Shown here piece after piece: positions 13,047 through 24,804 of a DNA stretch of 64,000 nucleotides (position 1 is its first letter; each line of letters begins with the position of its first letter). Both the position numbers and the translations under genes were made by a program. Origin of the DNA: Somniosus microcephalus. Taxonomy: Eukaryota. Where the stretch lies: NCBI GenBank assembly GCA_052327205.1, contig CM126214.1:140244001-140308000 (forward strand). The letters are read 5' to 3'. The notes under the pieces were generated by a model that was given only the letters and a program-made list of their open reading frames with translations, did no database searches and was not told where the DNA came from.

Positions 13047-15901
13047 CTGGGGGTGTTTGTGCACAAATCTTTGAAGTTGGCAGGACAGGTTAACAAAGCA
13101 GTTAATAAAGCATATGAGATCTTGGGCTTCATAAATAGAGGCACAGAATACAAAAGCCAAGAAGTTATGATATATAAAAAACACTAGTTCGGCTCCAGCT
13201 GGAGTATTGTGTCCAGTTCTGGGCACCACACTTTAGGAAGGATGTGAACAATTTGGAGAGAGTACAGAAGAGATTTACTAGAATGATTCCAGGGATGAGG
13301 GATTACAGTTACGTGGATAGACTGGAGAATTTGGGGTTGTTCTCCTTAGAGCAGAGAAGACTAAGAGGAAGTTTGATAGAGTTTAAGTCATGAAGACTTT
13401 AGATAGAGTAAATAAAGAGAAACCATTTCCAATGGCTGAAGGGTCAGTAACCAGGGGGCACAGATAGAAACATAGAAGATAGGAGCAGGAGTAGGCCATT
13501 CGGCCCCTCGAGCCTGCTCCGTCATTCAATGCGATCATGGCTGCTCATCCAAATTCAGTACCCGGTCCCTGCTTTCTCCCCATACCCCTTGATCCCTTTA
13601 GTCTTAAGAAATATATCCAACTCCTTCTTGAATATATTTAATGTATTGGCCTCTACTGCCTTCTGTGGTAGAGAATTCCACAGGTTCACCACTCTCTGGG
13701 TGAAGAAATTCCTCCTCATTTCTGTCCTAAATGGCCTACCCCTTATCCTTAGACTGTGACCCCTGGTTCTGGACTCCCCGACCATCGGGAACATCCTTCC
13801 TGCATCTAGTCTGTCCAGTCCTGTCAGAATTTTATAAGTTTCAATGAAATCCCCTCTCATTCTTCTAAACTCCAGCGAGTACAAGCCCAATCGACCCAAT
13901 CTCTCCTCATACGTCATTCCTGCCATCCCATGTATCAGCCTGGTGAATCTTCACTGAACTCCTTCCATGGCAAGAACATCCTTCCTCAGATAAGGCGACC
14001 AAAACTGCACACAATACTCAAGATGTGGTCTCACCAAGGCCCTGTATAACTGCAGCAAGACATCCTTGTTCCTGTACTCAAACCCTCTTGCTACGAAGGT
14101 CAACATACCATTTGCCTTCTTAACCGCCTGCTGCACCTGCATGCTTACCTTCAGCGACTGGTGCACAAGGACACCCAGGTCTCGTTGCCCTTCCCCTTCT
14201 CCCAATCTATTGCCATTCAGATAATAATCTGCCTTCCTGTTTTTGCCACCAAAGTGGATAACCTCACATTTATCCACGTTATATTGCATCTGCCATTCTT
14301 TTGCCCAATCACCCAACCTGTCCAAATCATCCTGGAGTTTCTCAGCATCCTCCTCACAGCACACATGCTCACTCAGCTTTGTGTCATCTGCAAATTTGGA
14401 GATATTACATCTAGTTCCCTTGTCTAGATCATTAATATATATTGTGAATAGCTGGGGTCCAAGGACCGATCCCTGCGGTACCCCACTAGTCACTGCCTGC
14501 CAATCGGAAAAAGACCTGTTTATTCCAACTCTTTGCTTTCTGTCTGCCAACCAGTTCTCTATCCAAGTCAATACCTTGCCCCCAATCCCATGTGCCTTAA
14601 CTTTACACGCTAATCTCTTATGCGGGACCTTATCGAAAGCCTTCTGAAAGTCCAAATACACCACATCCACTGGTTCTCCCATATCTATTTTACCAGTTAC
14701 ATCCTCAAAAAATTCCAGTAGATTAGTCAAGCACGAGTTACCTTTTGTAAATCCATGTTGACTTTGTCCGATCCTGTCAGTGTTTTCCAAGTGCTCTGCT
14801 ATTACATCTTTTATAATGGACTCTAGCATTTTCCCCACTACTGATGTCAGGCTCACTGGTCTATAATTCCCCGTTTTCTCTCTACCACCTTTTTTGAATA
14901 GTGGGGTAACATTAGCTACCCTCCATCCATGGGTACTGTTCCAGATTCCATCGAATGTTGGAAGATGATCAGCAATGCATCTACTATTTCTAGCGCCACT
15001 TCCTTAAGTACCCTAGGATGTAGATTATCAGGCCCTGGGGATTTATCGGCCTTCAATCCCATCAATTTTCCTAACACCATTTCCCTACAAATACTGATTT
15101 CTTTCAGTTCCTCCCTTTCATCAGACCCTATGTTCCCCGACATCTCTGGGAGGTTATTTGTGTCCTCCTTTGTGAAGACAGAACCAAAATATGTATTTAA
15201 TTGGTCAGCCATTTCTTTGTTCCCCATTATAAATTCCCCTGATTCTGACTGCAAGGGACCTACGCTTGACTTCACCAATCTTTTTCTCTTCACATATCTA
15301 TAAAAGCTTTTACAGTCAGTTTTTATGTTCCCTGAAAGCTTACTCTCATATTCTATTTTCCCTTCCTTAATTAATCCCTTTGTCCTCCTTTGTTGAAGCC
15401 TAAACTGCTCCCAATCCTCAGGTTTACTGCTTTTTCTGGCCAATTTATATGTCCTCTCCTTGGATCTTATGCTATCCCTAATTTCACTTGTTAGCCACGG
15501 TTGAGTCACCTTTTTTGTTTTATTTTTATGCCAAACTGGGATGAACAAATTCTGTAGTTCATCCATGTGGTCTTTGAATGTTTGCCATTGCCTATCCACC
15601 GACAACCCTTTGAGTGACGATTTAAGGTGATTGGCAAAAGAACCAGAGGCGACATGAGGGAAAACTTTTTTAAACAACGAGTGGTTAGGATTTGGAATGC
15701 ACTGCCTGATAAGGTGGTGGAAATAGATTCAATAGTAGCTTTCAAAAGGGAATTGGAGAAATACCTTGGAGGAAATTAAATTGCAGGGATATAGCGAAAG
15801 AGTGAGGGGAGTGGGACTAACTGGATTGCTCTTCGAAAGAGCCGGCGCAGGCTCGATGGGCCGAATGGCCTCCTTCTGTGCTGTACTATCTATGATTCTA
15901 T
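13047..15901 (+). mobile_element. CR1 3' fragment (13047-13465 and 15619-15901) split by an inverted younger CR1
   Basis: The halves join as ccagggggcacagat|ttaaggtgattggc. Encodes GFINRGTEYKS and ends in a ctatgattcta tail. Confidence 0.85.
13466..15612 (-). mobile_element. Relatively young 5'-truncated CR1 LINE (RT domain nearly intact)
   Basis: Long ORFs 14916..15677, 13951..14856 ([31 protein letters not shown]) and 13555..13926. 3' tail ttctatgtttct. Confidence 0.95.
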
Positions 15902-17190
15902 ATAATTTCAATTATTGTTGAATTATTCTCTGGATTCTATTAAACCTCATACAGTCATGTCCAATTCTTTAATTAGAAGTTTGGGCATTAGAAGCCAATA
16001 AATTACTTGATGGAATACCATAAGAATGGTTTGAAAATAAAGGTTTTGGAAAAAGATGGGTTAATTAATGTTTGCACATTTAGAGGGAAACAATAATTGT
16101 AGGCAGGCTTTTGGGAATATGCATAAGGAAATGAACAGCAAACTCTGTTTGGAAATTACTTTAGGCAATGGACTATCTTGTATCTCCATAAAAACCCACT
16201 TCAGTCTTTGAAAGTGGCAAAGCATCACGTGAGATATTGTTTAAATGTTTTACAGTGAAACTAATTAATTAAATGATCAATTGAATAACACTTATAAATT
16301 TACAATAGGAAGTCTGTTATCTAACTTCTCATCTAGACAAAATAATAAAAGATTGCAATGCTAAGAACTAATCTAGTCTTTTTTAATTACTTTAATTACA
16401 CATACTATTTATCCTTTAGGAATAGCAACCTTTCTCTTAGATTTTCAAACAGCCTCTTGCCTCCTTCAAGATTTCAAGAGCTGTCTTTCTCAAAGGATTT
16501 TCTAACAGCCCCCTTGTTGACCAGAATTGCACTTTTATATCCCATAATAATAAAAAAATGACCAGGGAATCCTGGATTTTGAATATGCGGCATCTCAAAT
16601 TTAACAGTGAACTAGCAATCAAATATAAAATGAGTCAATCTCAAAGTGTATATATTTCAAAATTGTGTGTTAGGCTGTCTTGCAAATCTGTTACCAAAGA
16701 AACCACAACAACAAACCTCGCAAAATTGTATCAGGACTGTCTTGGTACAAGATTTTGGCTTAGCTGCTTGTTGAACTACCTTCACAATGATTGGGTTTGC
16801 AAGAGATAATCATTAAAAATCAACATTCAGGCAGAACATGTCTAATTTATGTCACAGGCACCTACAACTTGTTTTCTGCCAACTGAGTTCATAGTACCTT
16901 ACTGCAATCCATTGTACACAGATTTATAGTGCAGTGTAGGCCCCTTGGATTTAAAGTAGACATATGAGGGAGATTTTCCTCTGCTCTGCTCCTGGGGAAT
17001 TGCCACACTCTACATGCAGGGAAGAGGGGAAAAATAGGGGCAGAGACTCATTACACCAGGTTTTTTTTTATTCGTTCATGGGATGTGGGCGTCGCTGGCA
17101 AGGCCAGCATTTATTGCCCATCCCTAATTGCCCTTGAGAAGGTGGTGGTGAGCCGCGTTCTTGAACCGCTGCAGTCCGTGTGTTGAAGGT

Positions 17191-17466
17191 CCTCCTCTTC
17201 TTCTTCTTGGGCAGTCCCTCGGAACTGAGGATGACTTGCTTCCACACTAAAAATGAGTTCTCAGGTGACTGATGAGTGCATTGTGGGTGTCCATGAGGGT
17301 CCTGACGTTCCAGGTCACAAACTTCATTTTAAGGGTGGAAGATGCCTGTGCGTAAATTCTTTTAACGTGGGGTGGCCGTTGCACACCAACTACCACGCGG
17401 GCTTGACAGAGCAAGGTCTTGGTCCAATGGCAAGGGATCGAAGACGATTGGAGACCAGGCTCTGCT
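17191..17466 (-). mobile_element. Bipartite (internally deleted) non-autonomous RTE-clade element
   Basis: On the minus strand: 5'UTR, then MKFVTWNVRTLMD (RTE APE start) fused to LISHLRTHF* (RTE C-terminus), then a cgagggactgcc(gaa)n tail. A second tail fragment lies at ~17549-17585. Confidence 0.8.
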
Positions 17467-17476
17467 ACATCGACGT

Positions 17477-17478
<2 letters not shown>

Positions 17479-17536
<58 letters not shown>
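17479..17536. repeat. (CA)29 microsatellite
   Basis: Perfect dinucleotide run. Confidence 0.98.
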
Positions 17537-17539
<3 letters not shown>

Positions 17540-18729
17540 TCCTACTGTTTCTTCTTAGGCAGTCCCTCGGAACTAAGGATGAATATCTGGCAGTGGTGGG
17601 GCCACTTCCAATGAGGCAAACAACCAATGTTTAATCCAACCACAGGGCAAGCAGCCTCTGGGGGATGTCAGCAACTCTATAGTGCTGTTAGGTAGGGAGT
17701 TCCAGGATTTTGACCCAGCGACGATGAAGGAACAGCGATATACATCCAAGTCAGGATGGTGTGTGACTTGGAGGGGAACTTGGAGGTGGTGGAGTTCCCA
17801 TGCACCTACTGCCCTTGTCCTTCTAGGTGGAAGAGGTCGCGGGTTTGGGAGGTGCTGTCGAAGAAGACTTGGTGAGTTGCTGCAGTGCATCTTGTAGATG
17901 GTACACACTGCAGCCACGGTACACTGGTGGTGGAGGGAGTGAATGTTTAAGGTGGTAGATGGGGTGCCAATCAAGCGGGCTGCTTTGTCCTGGATGGTGT
18001 CAAGCTTCTTGAGTGCTGTTGGAGCTGCACTCATCCAGGCAAGTGGAGAGTATTCCATCACACTCCTTACTTGGTGGATGGTGGAAAGGCATAGGGGACT
18101 CAGGAGGTGAGACACTCGCCGCAGAATACCTAGCCTCTGACATGCTCTTGTTGCCACTATTTATGTGGCTGGTCCAATTAAGTTTCTGGTCAATGGTGAC
18201 CCCCAGGATGTTGATGGTGGGGGATTCGGCAATGGTAATGCCATTGAATGTCAAGGGGCGGTGGTTAGACTCTCGCTTGTTGGAGATAGTCATTGCCTGG
18301 CACTTCTGTGGCGTGAATGTTATCTGCCACTTATCAGCCCAAGCCTGAACGTCGTCCAGGTCTCGTTGCATGCGGGCATGGACTGCTTCATTATCTGAGG
18401 AGTTGTGAATGGCACTGAACACTGTGCAGTCATCAGCGAACATCCCCATTTCTGACCTTATGTTGGAGGGAAGGTCATTGATGAAGCAGCTGAAGATGGT
18501 TGGGCCTAGGACACTGCCCTGAGGAACTCCTGCAGCGATGTCTTGGGGCTGTGATGATTGACCTTCAATTGCCACAACCATCTTCCTTTGTGCTAGGTAT
18601 GACGCCAGCCAGTGGAGAGTTTTCCCCCGATTCCCATTGACTTCAGTTTTACTAGGGCTCCTTGATGCCACATTAAATGCTAATGGTAAATCCTTCTTGT
18701 TGGAGATGGTCATTGCCTGGCGCTTGTGT

Positions 18730-20345
18730 GTCATAGAGTCATAATGGCACAGAAGAAGGCCATTCGGCCAATCGAGTCTGTGCCAGCTCTCTGTAGAGCA
18801 ATCCAGTCAATCCCATTCCCCCGCTCTATTCCCGTAGCCCTGCAAGTTTATTTCCCTCAAGTGCCTATCCAGTCTCCCCTTGAAAACATTAGTGTCTCCG
18901 ATTCCACCACTTCCATCGGCAGCGATTTCCAGGTCCTCACCACTCGCTGCGTAAAAAAGATTTCCCTCACGTCCCCCCTGTATCTCTTGCCCAAAACCTT
19001 AAATCTGTGTCCCCTAGTCCTTGTACCATCAACTAGTGGGAACAGCTTTTCCCTGTCTAACCTATCCAAACCCGCCATAATCTTGTACACCTCTATCAAA
19101 ACACCCCTCAACCTCCTTTGCTCTAATGAAAACAAATCCAGCTTCTTCAACCTGTTCTTGTAGCTAAGATCCCCCATCACCAGAACCATTCTGGTAAATC
19201 TCCTCTGCACCCTCTCAAAGGCCTTCACATCCTTCCTAAAGTGTGGTGACCAGAACTGGATGCAATACTACAGTTGAAGCCTAACCAGCGCTTTATAAAG
19301 GTTCAGCATAACTTCTCTACTTTTGTACTCAATGGGCTGGACTTTCATTGAGGAGGTGGGTAGGAGGCGGGACTACAACTTTTGTAGCCAACCCACGCGA
19401 TTTTGACTTGATTGACCTTGTTGAGCCCACCCAGCGGGCTCAGCAGGCCAATTAAGGGCCACCCGGCAACAGGTGATGTCACAGATTGACATTTCATCTG
19501 TCAAGACCTTTTGACAGATGAAATATCAGCATTCGACAGCTGTTTGAAGCTGTCAAACACTGACAATCTGTACACTAAGTTAATTCCTTCCTCTCAGGAT
19601 GATTTAGAGATCTCCCTGGAACAGAAAGCTGAATGCTGCAATTTTTGACAGCTCGCGGCCATTCTGCTTTCTGTGCCGGTGAGATGAGGGACTCCCACGA
19701 CCTGAAGGAAGGAAGGCTGTAAAGGTAAGTAAAATTTCTTTAAACACACCAAACACACTTACCTCTGCACTCATGCACCCATTACTCACCTGAACACCGG
19801 ACATCTCGACCCCTCCAAGCCCTTCATCCCGACGGCCTGCCTCGCTAACCTGCCGTAGTTTGGAGCCGTCGGGAATCCCACATTTCACCAATGAAAATAG
19901 GGATTAGGCTAAAAACTGCCTGTTAACTACCTGTTAACAGGCAGTTAATTCGCACTAATCCCCTTCCCGCCTCGGGGAGGCGGGTCCCAGTGCGGGTCGG
20001 GTACCCGCCTCCTTTGAAACTGGCATGGAGGCGGGTTGGGGGTGGGATGGGTTCGTGCCCCCCCCCGATTTCGGGATTTTAACCCCCCACACGCCTCCAA
20101 TCCCGCCTCCACGGCCCAATAAAAATCCTGCCCAATACCTCTATTTATGAAGCCGAAGATCCCATATGCTTTGTTAACTACTCTCTCAATATGTCCTGCC
20201 AACTTCAGGGACCTATGCACATTAACTCACAGGTCCCTCTGTTCCTGCACACTCTTTAAAACTGTGCCATTGTATATATTCCCATCCCTGTTCCTTCTGC
20301 CAAAATGCATCACCTCACACTTCTCTGTATTAAATTCCATCTGCC
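18730..20345 (-). mobile_element. CR1 3' fragment, itself interrupted by a MITE at 19334-20133
   Basis: ORF 18857..19228 (ERVQRRFTRM...LEQRRLRG...FFTQRVV) and a tcatagagtcata tail. The host joins as gtactcaat|acctctatttatgaagcc. Confidence 0.88.
19334..20133 (+). mobile_element. Harbinger-type MITE family A, copy 1 (800 bp)
   Basis: TIR GGGCTGGACTTTCATT / AATAAAAATCCTGCCC, 3-bp TSD AAT. Collinear with the copies at 29834 and 39905. Confidence 0.92.
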
Positions 20346-22283
20346 ACTTGTGGCGTGAATGCTACTTGCCAATTATCAGCCCAAGCCTGAATGCTGTTCA
20401 GGTCTTGCTGCGTGAGGGCACGGACTGCTTCATTATCTGAGGAGTAGCGAATGGATCTGAACACTGTGCAATCATCAGTGATCAGCCCCACTTCTGATCT
20501 TATGATGGATGGAAGGTCGTTGATGAAGCAGCTGAAGATGGTTGGGTCTAGGAAACTGCCCTGAGGAACTCCTGCAGCAATGTCCTGGGGCTGAGATGAT
20601 TGGCCTCCAACAACCACAACCATCTTCCTTTGCTAGTTATGACTCCAGCCAGTGCTGAGTCTTCCCCCGATTCCCATTGACTTCCATTATATTAGGGCTC
20701 CTTGATGCCACACTCGGTCAAATGCTGCCTTGATGTCAATGGCAGTCACTTTCACCTCACCCCTGGAAATCAGCAATGTTGTCCATGCTTGGACCAAGGC
20801 TGTACGGAAGTCTGGAGTCAAGTAGTCCTGGCAAAACCCAAACTGAGCATCAGTGAGCAGGTTATTGGTGAGTGAATGCCACTTGATAGCACTGTCGACA
20901 ACCCCTTCAATCACTTTGCTGTTGATTGAGAGTAGGCCGATGGGGCAGTAATTGGCCGGATCGGATTTGTTCTGTTTTTTTGGAAAGGACATATCTGGGC
21001 AATTTTCCACTTTGTCGGGTAGATGCCAGTGTTGTAGCTGTACTGGAACAGCTTGGCTAGAGGTGCACCTAGTTCTGTAGCACAAGTCTTCAGCACTATA
21101 GCTGAGATGTTATTGGGGGCCATAGCCTTTGCTGTATCCAGTGCGCTCTGCCGTTTTCTGATATCATGTGGAGTGAATCGAATTGGCTGAAGACTGGCAC
21201 CTGTGATGGTGGGGACCTCAGGAGGAGGCCGAGATGAATCAGGTTCCTCTAAATCCTGTTCTCTCCAAAGAAAAAAAGTTCACTTCACAGTTCTCTTTAT
21301 AATATGATGCCTTATGTTTCAGAATTAATCTAGTCCCTCTTCCCTGAAACTTCTCCAATAAATCAGCAGGCATTTAAAGACATAGAGCAGTCCCAGTGAT
21401 CTATAGATGTATGTAACTTTTTCTATCCCCCAGTACTCCCATTCATTCAGTATTTATTTTTAAACCATTTTACCAAAAATTTCTAAAAAGTCTGACCTTT
21501 GGTAAAATTTTACCTACATTTTCTTGATCTCCACAGTAACGGCTTAATTCATTTTGTTAAGTCCTGCGGAAAATCAGCTGTTAGATCCTACGATTTCAAA
21601 AAAATATGCATCATATGAGTGGGGCTTTGGGCAATAGTGATTCCAATATTGCACAGTCATATTGTTAAAAGAGGGACTATTTGCTTTGTTAAATCTATAT
21701 GACCACCTCAGCAGAATCTGAGCAGCATTGACTGAAAATGCCACAGGCTTTTACATTTTTATTTGAGCTGTGCGCATTTAATACTTGCAGTATTTCAAAG
21801 TTAGATGGTGAATGGATGTAGCAACCTGCCATTACCACAACAACAACAACAATAATCATTGCTATTCACTATCATCAGAAATTAATTGAGAGGCCCCTGG
21901 AAGAGACATGTTGCATGTCTAAAATGATTTGGATAGCTCCCAGGTTCTATTTTTATAACCTAGCTGGTGTAGGCCAACAAGACAAAATCAATCTCTGCTA
22001 AATTTGGAAGTGCTGTACTGAAATCGCTCTTTGCTTTCTTTATTTTTGTATGATTAACAGTACATATTGGAATATCTGGGCATACACTGCTTGTGATTTT
22101 CCAACCATTAATGGTGTGATATATGCTGCCAGTGGGCAGGACTCCTCACCAACAGGGCAGACTTGAAAAATTATCCCCATATTTACTTTGATTATTTGAT
22201 TGTACAGCTGAACACTACAAAGCTGTGATTTGCCTCTCAAATGGTGACAAAATTGAGTGGCATCTGTTGACAAATTAAATATT

Positions 22284-22645
22284 GTTTAAATCCCACTATG
22301 GTAGTTTGAGAATTTGAATTCAGTTTTTTTAAAACAATCTGGAAATGAAAAGCTGGAAATGAAAAAGTGGCCACGAAGCTGTCGGATTTTCGTAAAGACC
22401 CAACTGATTCACTGAAGTCTTTTAGAGAAGGAAATTAGTCGTCCTTACCTGGTCTGGTCTATATGTGACCTCAGTTCCACACCAATGTGGTTGAATCTTA
22501 ACTGTCGTCTGAAGTGGCCTAGCAAGCCACTCAAGTTGCTACAAAGAAAGCCCACCAGCCCCAACAAATTCAGGTCACCTTGGGATGGGCAATAAATATC
22601 AGCCTTTCCACCGATGACCATATCCTGAGAATGAATTAAAAGAAA
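22284..22645 (+). mobile_element. SINE sharing its body with the Zenon-like LINE 5' region and its tail with the LINE 3' end (5'-truncated)
   Basis: gtttaaatcccac...gtccttacctggtctgg...gcaagccactca matches 10048-10297, followed by the gggatgggcaataaat tail. Confidence 0.8.
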
Positions 22646-22646
22646 G

Positions 22647-22691
22647 ACAAAGTTCTGACGAAAGGTCATCGACCTGAAACGTTAACTCTGT
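22647..22691 (+). ncRNA. Minimal type I hammerhead ribozyme motif
   Basis: Core CUGACGA (22655-61), stem II AGGUC-auc-GACCU, GAAA (22676-79), palindromic ACGU stem III, cleavage triplet GUU (22681-83). Stem I acaaagtt/aactctgt has 7 of 8 pairs. Confidence 0.7.
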
Positions 22692-22785
22692 TTCTCTCTC
22701 CACAGATGCTGCCTGACCTGCTGAGTATTTCCAGCATTTTCTGTTTTTATTTCAGATTTCCAGCATCCGCAGTATTTTGCTTTTG
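22647..22785 (+). mobile_element. Penelope-like element terminal fragment containing a hammerhead motif
   Basis: ctgacgaaaggtcatcgacctgaaacgttaactctgtttctctctccacagatgctgcctgacctgctgag...ccagcat. A partial inverted copy lies at 37080-37169. Confidence 0.75.
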
Positions 22786-22940
22786 TAAAAGAAAGGCAAA
22801 TACTGAATAAATGGCAGATTCTGAGTATATTAGATACAGCATCACTAATAGGTTAGAAAAGAAGACCTGGCCACATGGGAGTTGGAAAAAAATGACTTAG
22901 AGGATGGTTAGAATTTGTCACAAATTGCTGTTGAAACAGA

Positions 22941-23637
22941 GGCCTAGAAATTGGGTTCTGGTCTTGCCAGGGCTGTAGCGCCAGAAAGTTTGCGCCAGCG
23001 GTAATGCGGCAGCGCCCGACGAAAATTCGGGTGCGCCGGGCCCAGGCGGCGGCGGGTGCTAAAACCCTCCTTTAGCGCCTCAAAACGGGCGTGAACTTGG
23101 GTTTCCCGGCGCTAATCCCCCGCTGCGGCACCCGATGCGGTGCGGCAGGCGGGGGAACTGCAGGCCTCCTCCTCCTGTTAAGGAGGAGCTACCTGCAGCC
23201 GACAACTGTCCGGCGGATTGACCCGACATCTGAGCCCGGCACCTCGGGGAAGTGCCGGGCTCGCATGAGACACTGATCAGGGCCGCGGGGGGGGAATGCA
23301 GGAGTCCGGGAAGGGAGGTGCGGGCAGGCGGCCGCCGGGAACGCGGCCGGCCGCCGCTCCACCTTTATGCGCCGGCGCACACTGGGGGAAGACTCTGTTG
23401 CCAGAGTCTTAGATGCGCCTGCCACGGGCGAGGCGGGCGCAACTGAATTTCGGCTTGGGGCCGGGTTACCACGGCAACCGGGACGCTGCGCACACCGATG
23501 ACGTCATCGGTGCCGGCGCAGCGCTACCGGTCTACCGCCGCGGAAGGGCCCCAGGCAATTTAGGAACCGGCGCCAATTGCAGCGCTAGGCCCTCTAGCGC
23601 CGCAAAATCGGTGCTAAGGGCAATGAATTTCTAGGCC
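22941..23637. mobile_element. GC/CpG-rich Harbinger-type MITE family B (697 bp)
   Basis: Perfect 12-bp TIR GGCCTAGAAATT / AATTTCTAGGCC. 3-bp flanks are AGA / AAA. Abundant intact CpG. Confidence 0.85.
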
Positions 23638-23654
23638 AAAGTCTCTAAATTCTT

Positions 23655-23798
23655 TTAAAAGAGAATTTGATAGTTGCTTAAGGGATATGGAGAACAAGCA
23701 AGAGAGTGGAATAAATTTTGTGGCTCATGAGGAAAAACTCATCAGTGCAGACTTGATGGGCCAAGTGACCTGCTTCTGTGCTTTAGCATTCTCTCTAT
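23655..23798 (+). mobile_element. Old CR1 3' tail fragment
   Basis: taagggatatggag...gacttgatgggccaagtgacctgcttctgtgc...ctatg. Confidence 0.6.
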
Positions 23799-24601
23799 GG
23801 TGTTGATAGAGGAAATGAGCAGGTAAAACTTCACTTTTGCTTCAGATTTACGCAGGTGCTCCGAAGCTGAACCTTAAATTAGAGTTTGTGTTTTCTCAAT
23901 GTCTTCAGGCCTGTTAAATTAAAGTTTGGATCACCAGAAATATAATCTATTAAGATTTAACCATCTGGATTGCAGCTGAACTCCTGAGTGTTCAAAGTTT
24001 GAATTTAAGCCCCATGCCCTAGAGCTACCTAAATAAATTCAGTTGACATATGAAAACAAATCAGAATATTTGCCCTTATTGCTGAAACCTAAAAGGATAT
24101 TGAAAGTGTTAATTTTGTTGACCAATGCCACTCTATTTATCTCCATTCTACTTGTGGTGGGGTACACCTGAAAGCAATTTGCATATGACACCAGCCGGAT
24201 TAAGAGTGCAATACTTAACGGAAAATCGAATACCTTTAGACTGAAGGTGACTACAGCTTTTGAAAGTGCTGCAGGGCCTTGCAGTGACCCTATTAATAAA
24301 AATGTGCACTGACGCATTTAGTGCATTTTATTAAATACACCACAACAGTACTTTAAGGAGGCTATGACATGCAAGAACATGTTGTGCCCATTCTGCTTGT
24401 GACGGCGTTTAAATACAGACTGTATAAGCTAATTGAGAAAGTCCCTGTTGTTTTAAAAGCAATAACAAGCTTAGGAGTGCTCATTAAACTGTGATTCAAA
24501 ACTGTTGTAGCCTATCTTTACCTACATGTGCAGCATCCTAAAGGATTTAATGTAAGCCTTGTCTTGAGAGCTTCCACATAAGTTGTCTTGTCTCTTGCCA
24601 G

Positions 24602-24804
24602 CTCCACGGCTACATGGAAAACAAGCCTTTGAGCCTGCACATATTTATTGGAACAGCAGATGAGCGGCTACTGAGACCACATGCCTTCTATCAAGTCCAT
24701 CGCATCACCGGCAAGACAGTCTCGACCACCAGCTATGAGAAAATCTGTGGAAATACCAAGGTTTTAGAAATCCCGCTTCTGCCAGAGAACAACATGAAAG
24801 CAGT
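24602..24804 (+). CDS. NFATC2: NFATC2 internal exon (approx. exon 4), Rel-homology domain, 203 nt
   Basis: Acceptor tctcttgccag|CTC and donor GT|gtaaga. Encodes [67 protein letters not shown](V). Phase 0 joins the previous exon in frame. Confidence 0.95.

Larger units (their letters stand above)
17061..18672 (-). mobile_element. Zenon-like LINE 3' portion, interrupted at 17191-17680
   Basis: Tail tttttattcgttcatgggatgtgggcgtcgctggcaaggcc...ttgagaaggtggtggtgagcc. RT ORFs 18000..18734 and 17573..18157 closely match the + copy at 12364-13046. Confidence 0.88.
18690..21237 (-). mobile_element. Zenon-like LINE fragment (18690-18729 and ~20346-21237) split by a CR1
   Basis: The halves join as cattgcctggcgcttgtg|tggcgtgaatg. 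ORFs 20330..20623 (AGVPQGS) and 20687..21085 (IDIKAAFDRVWH). Confidence 0.82.

Noticed and set aside
14161-15303. Long + strand ORFs antisense to CR1 RT
   Set aside because: Shadow frames of LINE ORF2, with no independent protein signature.
17247-17627. ORFs with CVCVCV / HTHTHT runs
   Set aside because: Products of the (CA)29 microsatellite. Only the terminal 26 codons reflect RTE sequence.
22941-23637. Host CpG-island promoter or GC-rich coding exons (also ORFs at 41392-41866)
   Set aside because: Both GC-rich blocks are bounded by TIRs or TSDs. The ORFs are low-complexity by-products of high GC content.
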